Shown piece after piece: positions 1 through 12,859 of a stretch of 64,000 bases of DNA. Every line of letters starts with the position of its first letter. The first letter of the stretch is position 1. Source of the DNA: Raillietiella orientalis (taxonomy: Eukaryota); contig JAYWIR010000127.1 in assembly GCA_036172245.1 (NCBI GenBank), positions 1-64,000 of the forward strand, read 5' to 3'. A program made the position numbers and the translations under genes. The notes below the pieces were generated by a model. The model did not search any database, was not told the origin of the DNA, and saw only the letters and a list, made by a program, of their open reading frames with translations.

Positions 1-572
1 TGGGGACAGTTCGGCATGCAACGTTCCCAACAGGAACGAAGGTTTCAAAAGGCCCCTTTGGTTGCGCTATGCCGCGGCCATCGGAATCCCCTGCGGCAAC
101 CCCAGGGTCGTTCTGAAAGCCCTTTTCGTTGCCGAGGCCCTTCGTCCAGCGGCCTCGTGAGCAGCCCTGTGCTGCCTTCGCGGGATCGTCGCCGTTTGGT
201 GCAAGGCTACGGGAGGACCACACGACCAGGGTCTATGCAGCCAGCATTTCAGTTACTGAGGAGGACGTTTAGATGATCCCACCTGGATCCAGGAATACAG
301 AAGGAGCTTGCCGTCATCCTGCGAAGGATGCAACGGCCCCACTAGCAACCGTGATCCCTTCCATTACCCTCCCAACGTTACTTTTCTTTTTGCTTTTGTT
401 TTTTGTTTTTCCCCTTCGCCCCTGCTGCCGTGGTGGACCGTACCGTTCTGCGAACCGGTGACGCAGCAGGCTCTGTATTTCATCGTGCGTGGCTGGATCA
501 ATGGTCCAGCCACTGCACATCTTTTTAAATGTTTATTTTAGAATAAACGTTCCGGGAAAATCCGGGTGAAAA
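1..572 (+). mobile_element. 3' end of LINE (subfamily A), with an internal deletion
   Basis: Collinear with the reverse complement of 41855-42380 and 42860-42905. Ends AATAAACGTTCCGGGAAAATCCGGGTGAAAA. Confidence 0.9.
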
Positions 573-1007
573 TCGAATGCCTTATGCAAATTTACTGCTA
601 CTGCAAAGGCTATCGGCCTTTCTCCCGTCCTTCCGCACTGGCGCTTACATTCGACAGAAGGTTCTGCAGCTGTTCGGCTGTCCGTTGCAACGCGCTCTTG
701 CAGCTTCCACCAGGTGCACGCGAAAAGAAGGTTCGCATCCATGGATCTTCCCGGTACAGCGTAAGACTGCTTAAGCTTACCACGGAATCCGCGACTTTTT
801 TTAAACGCCTGATTCACAGTTCCGAAAACAACCTGACGTTCGTATTCACTAATGTGATCGGACGCCAGTTGTTGAGTTGGCGCAGATCCCCTCCTTTCGA
901 AAGGGGATGCACCCTCGCTGAGCGGAAGGAAGAAGGGACATCGCTCGTCATCCTTATCAGCGTCGAGAGTCTGAGCAGCAGTGGGGCGAGTTACGTCTTG
1001 AAGCTCT
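573..1007 (-). pseudogene. LINE ORF2 RT fragment, distal part of the element at 1716-5150
   Basis: Translates to QSYAVPGRSMDANLLF...AVNLHKAFD. The frame continues from GENGLPAEFHQSF at ~1720-1760. Confidence 0.9.
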
Positions 1008-1715
1008 CTGTCACCCGGGTGCGCCGGGACGTTTATTACAAACTATCCGGGAACAGAGTTCCCGGACAAAGAGGAAAACAAGATACGAAGGGGGTGGGAT
1101 CTCCAACACGCATGTCGGTATGCTGAAAGTCCGGAACGGAAGCAAGGGGACTACAAATAAACTACTATAAAAAATAAAAATAAAAATATGGAGGACAGGG
1201 GACAGGGGTCTTTGGTGAGTCCGTTCCTTCCTTTCAAAACCGGCGATGGATGCCGGCGATCTCTCTCCTTACGTCCTGTGGAAGATGGGCCCACTCGGCA
1301 GCCGACCGCATGCTTGCGCTGGCTAATCCGGCGGGCTGACGAACGATGGCCAGCTTTTCCAACTCTCGGTGGGCCTTGTCGATGGCGCGGGTGCAACACA
1401 CAATTGCAACGACAGCACCCAAAGACAGGCCGCCTGGCGTGAAGAAGCGGCGCATCAAGTCCCTCGCGGCGTCCCCCTGGTGCAGGAGAGCTGAGGCCAG
1501 CCTCCGCCAAAGTCCTTAGAGGGCACCGCAGTGCAAAATCAGGTGCAGGAGCGTTTCCACTTCCCCACACCGCTTACAGTTTGGGTAGACAACTCCCCAG
1601 GAAACACGGTTCCTCCGTTGGTTGGAGTGAAAACCCCAATGCACCAGCATGATGACGTCCTGCTTCCACGAAAGGGGGAACATAGAAGTGTTCAAACAGG
1701 AGAAAGGGACCACAA
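1008..1715 (-). mobile_element. 5'-truncated LINE (~0.7 kb) inserted in sense orientation into an RT
   Basis: CKRCGEVETLLHLILHC zinc finger, 3' hairpin at 1012-1037, and flanking TSD GTCTTGAAGCTCT (995-1007) / GTCCTGAAGCTCT (1716-1728). Confidence 0.9.
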
Positions 1716-4700
1716 GTCCTGAAGCTCTGATGGAACTCCGCGGGCAGCCCGTTCTCACCTGGCGTCTTTTGTTTCTTGAGTCCTGCGATGGCGGAAGAAA
1801 CTTCCTTTAACGAGAAGGGCTCGTCGATACGGGCGCATTCCTCCTTGCCGATGCCGTGTGCACCCCGCGACAGAAGCAATTCTGAGAGGATTCTCTCCAT
1901 GATGGATTTGGCGTAGAGCAAGGAGAAGTGACGCCTTAGTGTTCGCCGTACTTCGGCAGGAGCGATGCATTCCCGGCCTTGGTCGTCGAGCAGAATTGCC
2001 GCTCCACACTGCCAGACCTGGCGCTCGGTCCTCGCCTTGTACTCTGCGAGGTGCCGGACTTCCGCACGTCTAGAGAAGGTGCGCGTATGCAGAAATTCTA
2101 AGATAATGGCCACGACTTCTCAAAAGCCGCGCGGTAGGAGCTGCAGAAGGAACCGGTTGCAAAACTCACAAACCGATCTTTTAAGATGGGCCCTGTGTGC
2201 GAGCCGCCGGATGACAAAGCCGCAAAGGAACTAGCGAAAATGTTCCGCCGCCTCCGAATGACTGAGTTATTCCGCCTGCATCCTTTAAACATTGTTCGGA
2301 GGTCCCTTGTTCGATGGGAGTAGCTCGAACTCCAGCCTGTCATACTCCGATAAGTAGGACGGCACCCTGACTCTCCTCCCCACTCGTGAGAGTAGTTGTT
2401 CATGGAGGTAGACGTGATCCACGCTCCCTTCCAGTCGAGTCTCGCCGGCTTCCTAGTTACGCGCTTGCTCTGACGCCGATGCCTCCTTAGCCGCGACCGT
2501 TCCGCCTGGGACCTCGTCGCGTCGGAAAACAGGTGGACGTTGAAGTCCCCTGAGACGAGAGGCGCTACTCTGGCTCCAGAGTTCCTGAGCTATTGGCTCT
2601 CCAGTTCGTCTAAAAACTCGATTCTTTCGTCGCGCCGAAGAAAGCCGCTCGGCGCGTAGACGTTCGTTAGGACGAGGTCGATTGAATCTGACCACTTGAG
2701 TACAAGTTGGCCCATTCGCCCTACCTGGTCGAATCGAACGCTGCGCACCGCTCCTGCCATCCTACTTTTTACGAGAAACCCGACTTTGCACGATTGTGCA
2801 GGACCTTCTTGCCAGTAGAGGGTGACACCCGCGCGCTGTTGAATTTCGGCAACCTCCGCGTGGGAGATGTGATGCATCTGCTGAAGGATCGCCAAGTCGG
2901 AATGTTGCAGGGGGCCTAAGACGCCGCGCCTCTTTCCGTCCCTACGCAGCATGTTCACGTTCCAACAAACTACGCTGAACCGACGAAAAGAGGAGACTTC
3001 CTGAATTAAGGCTAGGAAGGTGAGCACAGGTTTCTCGCCTTGACCGGCGTGTGGTCACGTGACAGAACAACTGATCTTCAAGACTGTACATCTCCATTCG
3101 AATCCGCCTGCTGGTTGGCGGGAGCTCAGAGGTGAGGCTTATCCCCTCCTCTTTGCTCCCCAGCAGCAGTTCCTCATCGGCAACCTCGCGATTACGGGTG
3201 TTCGGGAGGCGATTGTGCGGTTTCGGGCGGTTGTAGCGCTGTGTGCTCTTTCTGTCGGACTCTGGATCAGAATCCGACAGTCGAGGGCTTGCCAGGCGCT
3301 GCTGCTGTCTCCTGGAATTAGGGAAATCGTTCGCTGCCTGTTTCCTAGCGCTTTCTGCAACTGCGGCTGGGACTTTCATCCTCTTAGCCGCAGCAGCAGC
3401 TTTCCGCTCCATCTGCGAGAGGACGACTGCGCAGGAGGGAAGAATCGCAATCTTTTTATGGGAAGGTTTCGCGGCTTTCTTTCGCCCACTCACTTTCACA
3501 CAGAGCTGCGAAGACCTTGATGGTTTTTTTTAATTACCTTTCTCATCTGCATCCAGCCGTCTTCCTTCGCATCGCAGTTATCTTTGCCCTCCTGAGATGA
3601 CGCTGCGTCCGCGAATGTAAGAGGCGCTGCCTTGTCTGCCTGTTGATGTGCTGAATCCGCGCAGGCGTAAGCGACTCCCATAGCGATCGCGGAAGGCGCT
3701 GCCTCTTTCAGAACGGAGGATTGGCGCGTTGCGTTTGCGACCGCTGGAGGCACTGCTCTATTGGTTGTGCTCGCCTTAGCAGTTCCTTCTATGGCCGCAG
3801 TAGGCGCTGAGTCCGCGCGCGAGGACTGCGGGTTTGCCGGCTGTTTCAGCGCGGCACTCAGTGCCTGGGGCACCTTGGCCGCGGTAGCTTCAGACGGCGC
3901 GGTGTTCTTTGCCCGCGGCCGCGTTTCTCCCGTATCGGGCGAACGACCGCATTCCGCGCCGCTCGTCGAGGCCTTGGTACGAGGCTTCGCGGTCGTGATG
4001 CCGACAGTACGAGGCTCTTTGACCTTCGGCACAATGTCTCCTGCATTCAACAATTGGCTGCGAGGTCTTGTAGAAAGGTCGCATTTTTCGCGAGCTCCCT
4101 TCGGCACGGTAGCCTGAGGCTTCGCCGCAACGAGTTTTTTTAGGTTTTTCTCCCCTTCGATGGAGAGGGGAGGAAGAGTTTTCTGCGCATGCGCGCTCGA
4201 GGTTTTCGCAACGCTGTCCGAAGTTTTGAGGTTTCTTTCCCTCGATTCGCGGTGTTTATTTCGCGATGCGAAACGCGCTTCTTTCTTTCACTTTTCGTTT
4301 TTTAAAAAGAGCTCTGGGAACTTTTTTTTTGTGTGTCGGGCTCTTGGCAGTAACGGTCAGTGGCCGAGGGACACTTCGTAATGCGGTGACCCTCCGGCCT
4401 CCATTCCGCGCACAGAAGCGTTTGCCCCGCAAACCAGTCATTCCATTCACCTGCGGTCACGTGGGCATTGCCCGTTGATCCGCCGTCGTCAATCGCACTT
4501 GCGCGATCCCGCTGTGGTGGTCTTCGAAACCCTCAGCAGGGTATGGCAACCTCCGAGGCGCGTGAACGGAGGCGAATTTTTCAAGTGCCTCCATGACCTG
4601 GCGGTCCGTAAGGCACTTGCTCACTCCACTCAGCCGGACAACGAACGATTGATCCGCAGCGGTGGGGAGTATTTCCTGCCCACAAATGAGCAGCAGCGTG

Positions 4701-5150
4701 TGCAGCAAACGCTGCGTAAGGAGAGCGTCCTTACTGGACACCTCACAGTAGCCGCCACCACTTATGGACATGATGCACTCTAGCTGGCCTTTTTGAACTC
4801 CAATCCGTTGGAGTTCCTGGCCAATCTCGCGCCCATCTCGCTCAGGCAAAAGGACACTTACCTTATACCTGAGTAAAGGCGTGTAGTCATTTGCTACATA
4901 CGTTTGCAGCTCCAACGGATATAAAGCGAAGGTCCTATGGTAGCCGCGAGGGCAGCTACCTGGGCGAAGCTCCTCGCCGTCGGCGAGGACATAGCTCCTT
5001 GCTAGCAGCCGAAAACGCCATCTAAGGAACAGGTACCGTTCCTTTCTTGCGGCAGCTGTTCCTCTGCTCCCATTGCAGCACAGAAGCACAGCAGAACCAA
5101 AACACACAAGAGTCACCCTACCGCGGAGCGACGCGAAAGCACGTCCGTAC
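1716..5150 (-). mobile_element. 5' part of LINE: 5' end, degenerate ORF1 (~3000-5050), APE and linker (~1716-2990)
   Basis: VCWNVNMLR, TNVYAPSG and KKQKTPGENGLPAEF. ORF1 has CEVSSKD..SFVVRLSGV. The 5' motif GGACGTGCTTT is at 5136-5146. Confidence 0.9.
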
Positions 5151-6935
5151 GCGTCCGGCGCTGATGCGGGAGGCCGGAGATGTTCCCGCTTGTTTTCGCT
5201 CAGCAAATGTGCGGCTCCTAACGAAAGGCGGGGATTTGCGCAAACTCAGCAACTGGCAACCGATCACCTTGGTGAATTCGGACGTCAAGTTGTTCTTGAA
5301 GCTATAGGTCGCGCGGCTGGGGAGAATCACGGAGTCCTTGGTGAGTCCGGAGCACACGTATGCTGTTCCGTGGCGTTCCATGGACGCGAATCTCTACTTC
5401 GCGCGAACATACTTCGAGTTGCAGCAGCGCGTGGCGCAGCAGAGCCACGCAGCCAAAATCGCCGCTGCCAAAGGTAAGCGGCGGTGTTTAAGGCACGATG
5501 CAACGCCGGGGGCCTTCGCAGTCGCCGTCGATTTCTGCAAAGCATTCGACAGCGTAAACCAGGACCTCCTACTGGAGATTCAGGGACGCCTAGGTCTCCC
5601 GACGCACCTCAACGCCTACTTGCGCTCCTGCTGGCGCCACGAGTTATGTTGTATCTCTTTCAGCAGGCGCCACGTGTACGGCGTTCCCATACGGCGGGGT
5701 ATCAGGCAGGGATACAGCTTAAGGCCCCTGCTCTTCAGCATTATCTCTGAGTTTATGCTTAGGGCGTACAGGCTGATGCTGGCCAACCAGACGAGCTCCT
5801 GCTCAAGAACACCGGCCGTGGCCGCATATGCTGACGACCCTCTCCTGTTGCTGCCCATGTCCACCATGGCGTCCTGGCTCGAAGACTTCTTCGAGCACAT
5901 TCGTCGGAAGACGGGCGTAAGCCTCAAGAGGACCAAGTGCTTCGTTGTACCGGTGAACGCAAAGCGAGGGACTACTTTTGTTGCTGCCCCTCTTTCGGCA
6001 CACCAGGATAGGGTTTGTCTTCCAGCTGAGGCAGCTCTCCTTACTGCTGGAAGCCCAATGTTGGATCTCCTGCCGCCCCATGAACATTAATGCATGGCGG
6101 CAGGAATCTTTTTCATCGTGGGCAGCTTCCAAAGGGACGCCTCTGCAAGATCCTCGACGCCCACGACTACTCCTTAGACATAAATAAGACAAAGTCATGC
6201 AGGACAAGAAGAAGTCGGATCGCCTGGCCGCCACATTACTCGCCGCAGCACTGTGTGCCCTCAGGGCAAGCAACGACAATTGCCTACCTGCGAAATGGGA
6301 GCTCTTCTGCAGAATAGAGGGAGTAAGTAAGCTCCTAGGCAGCTTGAAGACAAAGGAGCTGTTGGAAACTGCCACGCTTCGTAATCGGCCTGAGGGCCTG
6401 CTTCGGTGGAGTGAACATTTAAGTGTACCCCTCGAAGAGATAGTGGTCCCCCCGTTTGTTTGGACAGCTCCGTGTTCCCCTTAAAGTGGAAACAAGATGT
6501 GCTGCTCTTTTTACACTGCGGCTGCTATTGTAATCGGCAGCGAGGCATCGTTTCCAGGGGAGCTGCTCTGCGAAACTGTTCGAGGTGCGGAGAGATCCTG
6601 TGTTTTCCGCACCTCTTATTGGACTGCTGTGACCTCCGTGAACTGTGGCGAAGGCTGATTTGAACCTTCCTACCGCAGGGAGACACTGCCATTGATGTGC
6701 TGCGGCGCTTCATCAGGAGGAATGGATTTTCGGTAGGCGCGGTTGTCGCAACCATGTGTGCATTCGCGCCATCGTGAAGGCCCGCTACGCCCTGGAGGTG
6801 TCAGCGCAGCGAAGGGAGTCTCACCGGTTTGCAGCAGAATTGATGGAACAGGCTGCTAGGTGGCCTCATCTTCGTGACAAGGTCAAAAAGGACATCGACG
6901 GCATTCATCGCCGGTTTACAGACTTCTTCGTATGC
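5151..6935 (+). pseudogene. LINE ORF2 fragment (RT to C-terminal zinc finger)
   Basis: GGDLRKLSNWQPIT, DFCKAFDSVNQ, RRGIRQG, AYADD, CSRCGEILCFPHLLLDC. Similar to 32248-33870. Confidence 0.9.
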
Positions 6936-8527
6936 TCTAGTTGTCGTACTGGGAAGCACCTCTCCAAACCAGGAACCGGGAGATTTCCAAAGACTCTCGA
7001 TAGGAAAGGTAGGAGAGCAGGAAGATCGCCACACAGCGAAGACTTCCAGCTCCAACCCGCAATCCCTTCCTTAATTGGCAAAATCCCAATTGAACGCAGG
7101 GTCCTCTGCGGAGGCTACAAAACCCGTAGCAAGAAGGGGCGCGCCACGTAAAAACACGCTGCAGGCAGCCTCCCCTTCACGGACTCGAAAATTTTCCCCA
7201 AGTCCGACAAGCAGTGGGGTGAATTTATTTTCCATTTTTGAAAACACATTCATTCCACAATCACATTCACACAACATACGCAATTTACATCACTGTGGAG
7301 TCCTTGGGGATATTACAAGTTCTGCTTTCAGGATGGGTTTCCTGACGTTTGGTCCCTGTCGTCGTCTTCAATCCTTTTCAGGATAAGTCGGTAGGTCCAG
7401 GCATGGATTCGTCCACAAATCCTGTAACCGATCTCCTTCTTGATGAGTTTTTGAGGGATCTCCATCGGAGATGCGCCTCTCCTGGCTTTCCTCATCTTCC
7501 ACCACCGCACAAGTATAGCGGTGGTGAAAAGAGCAATGGTCATCCTCACCATGGGATTGTAACAACGACCATTACCATCTCCCTGAAACATTCCCTCGAG
7601 GATCTCCATTGTGGAGCTGGTGGTGAGTAAATTGATCCTTTTACAGGTTGAGCAAGTCGTGTAGCAATCTGTGACACGTTAAGACGTGAAGTCTCGGTGT
7701 CGCCACAAGCCTCGCAGACTCGATCTTCCCGTCTTTTGGTGAAGTACTCAAGTCTGGATCCGCTTTGGTTTCCTCCATGATAAAACATTAGGAGGTTGTC
7801 CTGCGTGTCCGGCAGGAAGGTCACTCCTCCAGATCGGTGCTCCAAACGCTAACAGGTTGATTCGTTCACTTCCGTAGCGATCCGCGGCTTCCTGGAGGGC
7901 ACTGATCTTAACGTGTTTTTTGATGAGTTTTTGAAAGGTTTATTTTGGTTATCCTAGACCACAAGAGGTCGTTGTGGTTGATCCACACCTCGTGGGTCAT
8001 GTGGGTAAACCTTTTTAACATCATCTCTAGATACGTAAGTATACGAGTGTGATGTAGCTACCCTCCTCGCCTCCACTCCTGGATTCGTTTCAGGGTAACA
8101 CTGGACCGCTGGTGGATCCAGCTTATCGTGTCCGGAGGGACTGAAAGCATCCAAGGGATCACCAAATGGACTCGTCCTGCCAGAGTTCCCTACTTCTTGG
8201 CACGATCTTGATTTTGTGCTTTCGCACCAGCCGTTGCTTCCTCGTCCAGGTTGGGTCGATTTTTGTCCATTCGCCTGCTCGGCCTAGCAGCGCAGTCATC
8301 AGGCCTTTCGAGTTGTTCAACAGCAACGCGTAGGCCCTGTGCGCCGCATACGGCCAGTCATCCCAGTGAGTGGCAATGTCCAGGATGTGTCGCGTATCCA
8401 TGATTTCTATGGAGTGTTCAAGCGACTTCATCCCGGAAACGCCTTCTTCCCTAAGACGACACAGGGGTTTCACTCGAACACTTGGACGATAGTGGCCCCA
8501 CAGTGTTTTTCTCTGCAGTCTGTCGAA

Positions 8528-9301
8528 CTACCCCGTGGTGTTCTTGTTTATCGTTGTCGAGGCCGCCCCGAAAAGCACTTTTGAGAGGAGTACTCCGTTG
8601 TATATGTTGGCCTTTCGCTTCATCCCAACGTCAGTTCGGGTGTACTTGGCTGCTTCCTTGGCCGTTCTCCCTAGGATCTCGGTCCACAATAGCTTCGACG
8701 CGGAGTCGTCGCCAACGTAGACACCCAGGTTCTTGGCCGTGTCCACCATTCGGAATCCTCTCCTTGCTAGAGCGGAGAGATCGAGGATACCAACGGGCAA
8801 GAGCTGGCTTTTCTGGGCGTTGATCTTTAGACCCAGGCCTTGATCCATCAGGTCTACCACATCCAGACACGCTCGTTGATTTCTCTCTCCCTTGATAAGG
8901 AAGAGTAGATCATCAGCGTATGCCAGATGGGTAAGACGCTGGCCATCGATTATTATGCCTTGCAATCGTCCGTTCTTCTTGATAAAGGACGACAACGCCT
9001 CCATGTAGATGACGAACAGCATCAGACTTAGCGAATCGCCCTGCCGGACTCCCCATTCCATCCGGATTGCTGATGTCTCCTGGCTGTTGACTTTGATTCG
9101 GCAGTACTGGTTCTTGAGTACCACCCTCACGAAGTTCCTCAAGTGTTCCCGAAGGCCTAGCTTCTCGAGAACCTTCAGCAGCATTCCTTGGTCAATTGAG
9201 TCGAAAGCCTTCTCCATGTCAGAGAACACCAGCGCCAGGTTCTCGTCGACGTATCGGCTGAGTCCCACGGTGGCTTGAACACACTTGACATTGTCCGACA
9301 T
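8528..9301 (-). pseudogene. Reverse transcriptase domain of the divergent LINE ORF2
   Basis: 257-aa ORF with FSDMEKAFDSIDQ, WGVRQGDSLS, LAYADDL and KNLGV. Confidence 0.93.
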
Positions 9302-10857
9302 GTGACGTCCAGGGACTGCACACGTTTGGACCGGAGAGATCAGCTTCGAAATGAACCTGCCTTAGCAGGTAGACCAGATATTCGCCAACAATTGCCATCG
9401 GAGTTCAGGATTCAGATTGGCCTCCATTGAGCGATCTGGGTTGGGTCGCCTCATTTCGGCAACAATCTCATCCTATTCTCATAGAAGGACTGTAAAAGTC
9501 TTCCTTCTTCGCAGATGCACAGGGTCAACTGGTGGAACAAGCGCAGGTAGGCATGCAGGTACCGCTCATAGTGCGTGATGGGTACACTTTGAGGGCCCGC
9601 CGCCACATCCTTACGGGGTTGTCCAAGAGCAGTCTTCACCTCTTCTTCGGAGAATTCCTCCTCCAGTCTGTTCCGCTGGAGGTCGTCGGTCCTGATCTCC
9701 AGATAGCTCAGAAAGGCTTGTTGACTAGAGCGACAGAGATGTTGTCGCCTGAAGTGTTTCGTGTAATGCCTGTGAAAGGCTTCCACGATATCTTCGGACG
9801 ACTGTCGCTCTTGACCGTCGTACTGGATGCAGAAGATATCTGTTGCCAGATTTCTCTTTTCCAGCACGCCGACTTCCCCTTGTATGTTGTTGAGGACGTA
9901 CCGACTCTTGTACTGATCGAAGTACTTTGAGAGTGAGCGATCTTGGATGTTCAGCTCGCGGTACGCCTCCTGCCTCAAGCGCGTATACCCGAATTGCATA
10001 TTTGCAAACAGGTGTATCCTGTGTTTCAAGCTGTCCAAGTCGGCGACTCTTCTGATTTTTGTGGTCTTCAGAATCGTTTCAAGGAACTCCTGATGTCCAG
10101 GATGTGTCTCGAACCAGGCGGGCATGCTAATGAGCGCCGCCCTGATGCCTTGCCTCTGCCGAGGATTCTCCGTTCTTAGGGAAAACCGCACCAAGGGTGA
10201 TCCGACAGAGTGGTCAATGTGTCTCGAAAACCCTGAAAGCAATTCCCTAGTTCTGTGCTGTTGAGTACTTGATGGATCGGCTTGTGACTTGATGTTCGCC
10301 ACACCAGTCCGAACTCGTCGGATAGCCGCCGATACGCAGTCCTTCCCCTGGCATCTTGGGAATGGGTGATCTCATCCGAAATGTTGAGATCGCCAGCAAC
10401 AATCACGACGTCTTTGGGGGCGACCTTTTCACGGAGTGCTGCATGCAGCGCCTCCGCACAACGATGTTTCAGCCTGTGCGGCCCCTACACGTTCACCAGG
10501 ATGGGGTGAACAGTAGCGGACCAGGACAGTCGCACGGCGATGATTCGTCCGGGTTGGGGACAGAACACTTCCAGAATAGTGGGGACCAAGTTGTTCTTGA
10601 TTAGGACCGCCACACCCTGCGTGTTCCGTTCTGCCTCGCTGACGAACATCTGCCTGCTGAATCGCCGTTCCATTTCTTGACTAATCTCGAGACATATCTT
10701 GTGGGTGTCCTGCAGGCACACTATGTCTTGTTGTGCGATGGTCCGCACAATCCTTTTTCTTTTTCCCTGGTCGACCATACCGTTTACATTCCAGGAGGTG
10801 ATGTTCAGCCTCCTGGAGGTCGATAGGAAAGAGGCCATAGGAGGTGTAAGCCTATTT

Positions 10858-12768
10858 CTAGGCCTTACAGAGGTTGTTCCGTCTGAGAGAGCGTGGTCTT
10901 CCAGACGATGAAGAAGCAACGGTCTTCTCACTGCCGGCGTGACTCTCCATTCCGGTGAGGTCAATTACTTTCGCCTCCTCCGTAGAGTGTTCGGCTCGCG
11001 CGATCAATTTTCGGAATAGCGCTTCTATCTCGATCGTGGCGCAGAAGTTTTCCTTTACTTCGAGAAGCTGTTCTTCTAGCGTCTCGCGTTCGGTGACATC
11101 CACAACCTGGTTCAACTTCTCCTGTGCATTGCAGATCTTCTGCAAGATTTGCTCTCGCTGTGGCCCGCTTTGCACGTCCAGCACTTCTCGCGCTAGTGTT
11201 GCGAACTTCTCCGTGGACTGCAGGGCCTCCTGCGACACTGGAATGGCTTCCTGGTTTCCTTCTTCCGCGCCTTCCTGCGCTACCTTTATCTTTTTGCCTT
11301 CCTGCGCTGCTCCTTCTAGGATAAGAGGGGTCTTTTGCTCCTTGACGAGCATCCTCCTGTTTCCTTTCTTCCCTACCTCGATGAAGCCGTTTATCGATAT
11401 CTGGACGGCTTCCTTCTCCTTCTTTGGCCTTTTTGCCAACTTCTGAGGCTGTTAGGCATCCTTGATGTTTCTCTCTCTCACTTGACAGAGTCCTCGAATC
11501 CCTCTGCGATTGGGGAATTATAGACAGCTTCATTTATCGTGTCCGTTCTTCTTGTAGAAGGAGCACACCTCCGGTTGCAAGCAGCTTCGGACTTGATGTC
11601 CTACTTTGCAGCAGCGGAAGCAACGGCATGTTGGGCAAGTACCGGCCCTGTGGCCGAACTGCTTGCACCCGGTGCAGAATATAAGTTTTTGCCGGTAGCG
11701 CATGTTCACTCCCTGGGATTGTTCGTCAATGAACGCCTATCCAGGTATAACAGCTCCGTCCTTCATCTTCATGTTAGCGATCATGTCGCCAGAGAATATA
11801 TTTTTAGAGAAGTTCTTTAATTCAAGGTCCAGAGCCTCCCTAAACTACTCCAATAAGGTCCACACCGTTAGCTGCGGTGTGAGGATGGAAATGCCGTTTA
11901 AGGAGACGGTCGTGTATGGCATCTCGCCAATACCACAAACCGTCCTTCCTTGAATATTGATCCCCTTCTGGATGTATCTCTTTCTGATGTTTTCACAGTC
12001 TGTAAATACTGTGAAACCGTTGCTACTTGGTATAGTCGCCTGTATGCAATCGAAATCGATATCTGTTTTATCCAGGGACAAATACACCTCCCTGATGTTG
12101 TTGAATTTTATTATCCCAGTCTTGAGAATAATGGGCTTTACATTCGGCCCTAGCTCGATTATCCGCCGATCTATCTTTTGAACTTTTTCACATAGCGGCT
12201 TTCCAAATTTTTTAATCGGGTGGACACTCGCTCGTCCAGCCGCCACCGACGGATACGAAAAGGGCTGCGCCGCCTCAGCCGAACAAGATGGCGTCTCGCC
12301 CTGCACCGCGTAGACGCCCGCGAATCCTGCCTGGGATGCCGCCACCGCGAGCGCAACCCTCGACGTCGCCACCGTTGCCGCCGCGGGCGTCACCCTCGGC
12401 ATCTCCGCCGCAGGCGCGACCTTCCCCGCCGCGGGCACGATCCTCGGCGTCGCCGCCGCGGGCACGACCTCCGCCGTCGCCGCCGGGGGCACGACCTCTG
12501 CTGTCGTCGCCGCGGGCACGACCCTTAGCATCGCCGCCGCCGGCGCAGCAAAGCCCGCCGCGGGCGCGATCCTAGGCATGCCTGCCACCACCTCGCCGTT
12601 GCCGCACGCTACCTCCATGGCTTCCATGGGGGACGACGGTCTCTCCACTCCTCCTTCAGGTGCCTGCATCCTGGCAGCTGGTCTTGCTGCACATGACGAC
12701 TGCAGGTCTTCCGCCGTGATCTCCTCGGCGCTTCTTTTGTAGCTGTATGAGGAGATCCTATGCAGCAC
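10858..12768 (-). pseudogene. ORF1 (nucleic-acid binding) of the divergent LINE, frameshifted
   Basis: CTGCKQFGHRAGTC-PTCR-CFRCCKVGHQVRSC at ~11580-11680, an Ala/Pro-rich N-terminus and a Glu/Lys-rich C-terminal part. Confidence 0.85.
12340..12580 (-). repeat. GC-rich ~27-bp coding minisatellite in the ORF1 N-terminus
   Basis: Repeats of GCCGCGGGCACGACC... encoding 9-aa units VVPAATTAE / VVPPAATAE / VVPAAATPR / IVPAAGKVA. Confidence 0.85.
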
Positions 12769-12859
12769 ACTCTAGTCCACACTCACTTTCTTCTGGATAC
12801 TTTCCCTCTCCGGGCACACACGATCACAATCAACTGATAATCGTCGTTGTGCGCGCAAT

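Larger units (their letters stand above)
6936..12800 (-). mobile_element. Near full-length, more divergent L1/Tx1-type LINE (a different family from its neighbours)
   Basis: ORF1 at ~10858-12768. ORF2 starts ~10840 with MASFLSTSRRLNITSWNVNG and includes AGDLN, DMEKAFD, GVRQGDSLS, HLAYADD and CEACGDTET. Element ends are not precisely located. Confidence 0.88.

Noticed and set aside
542..1037. Inverted copies of the terminal motif as TIRs of a DNA transposon
   Set aside because: Each is the 3' end of a separate LINE in opposite orientation, and no transposase is present.
8528..9301. Prokaryotic RT systems (retron, group II intron, DGR, CRISPR-RT)
   Set aside because: Every RT is preceded by an APE endonuclease and a CCHC ORF1, which is non-LTR retrotransposon architecture. 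There are no bacterial genes or repeat-spacer arrays.
6925..12800. A TSD around the divergent LINE
   Set aside because: Only a weak CTTCTT similarity was seen, and the host does not visibly resume on the right.
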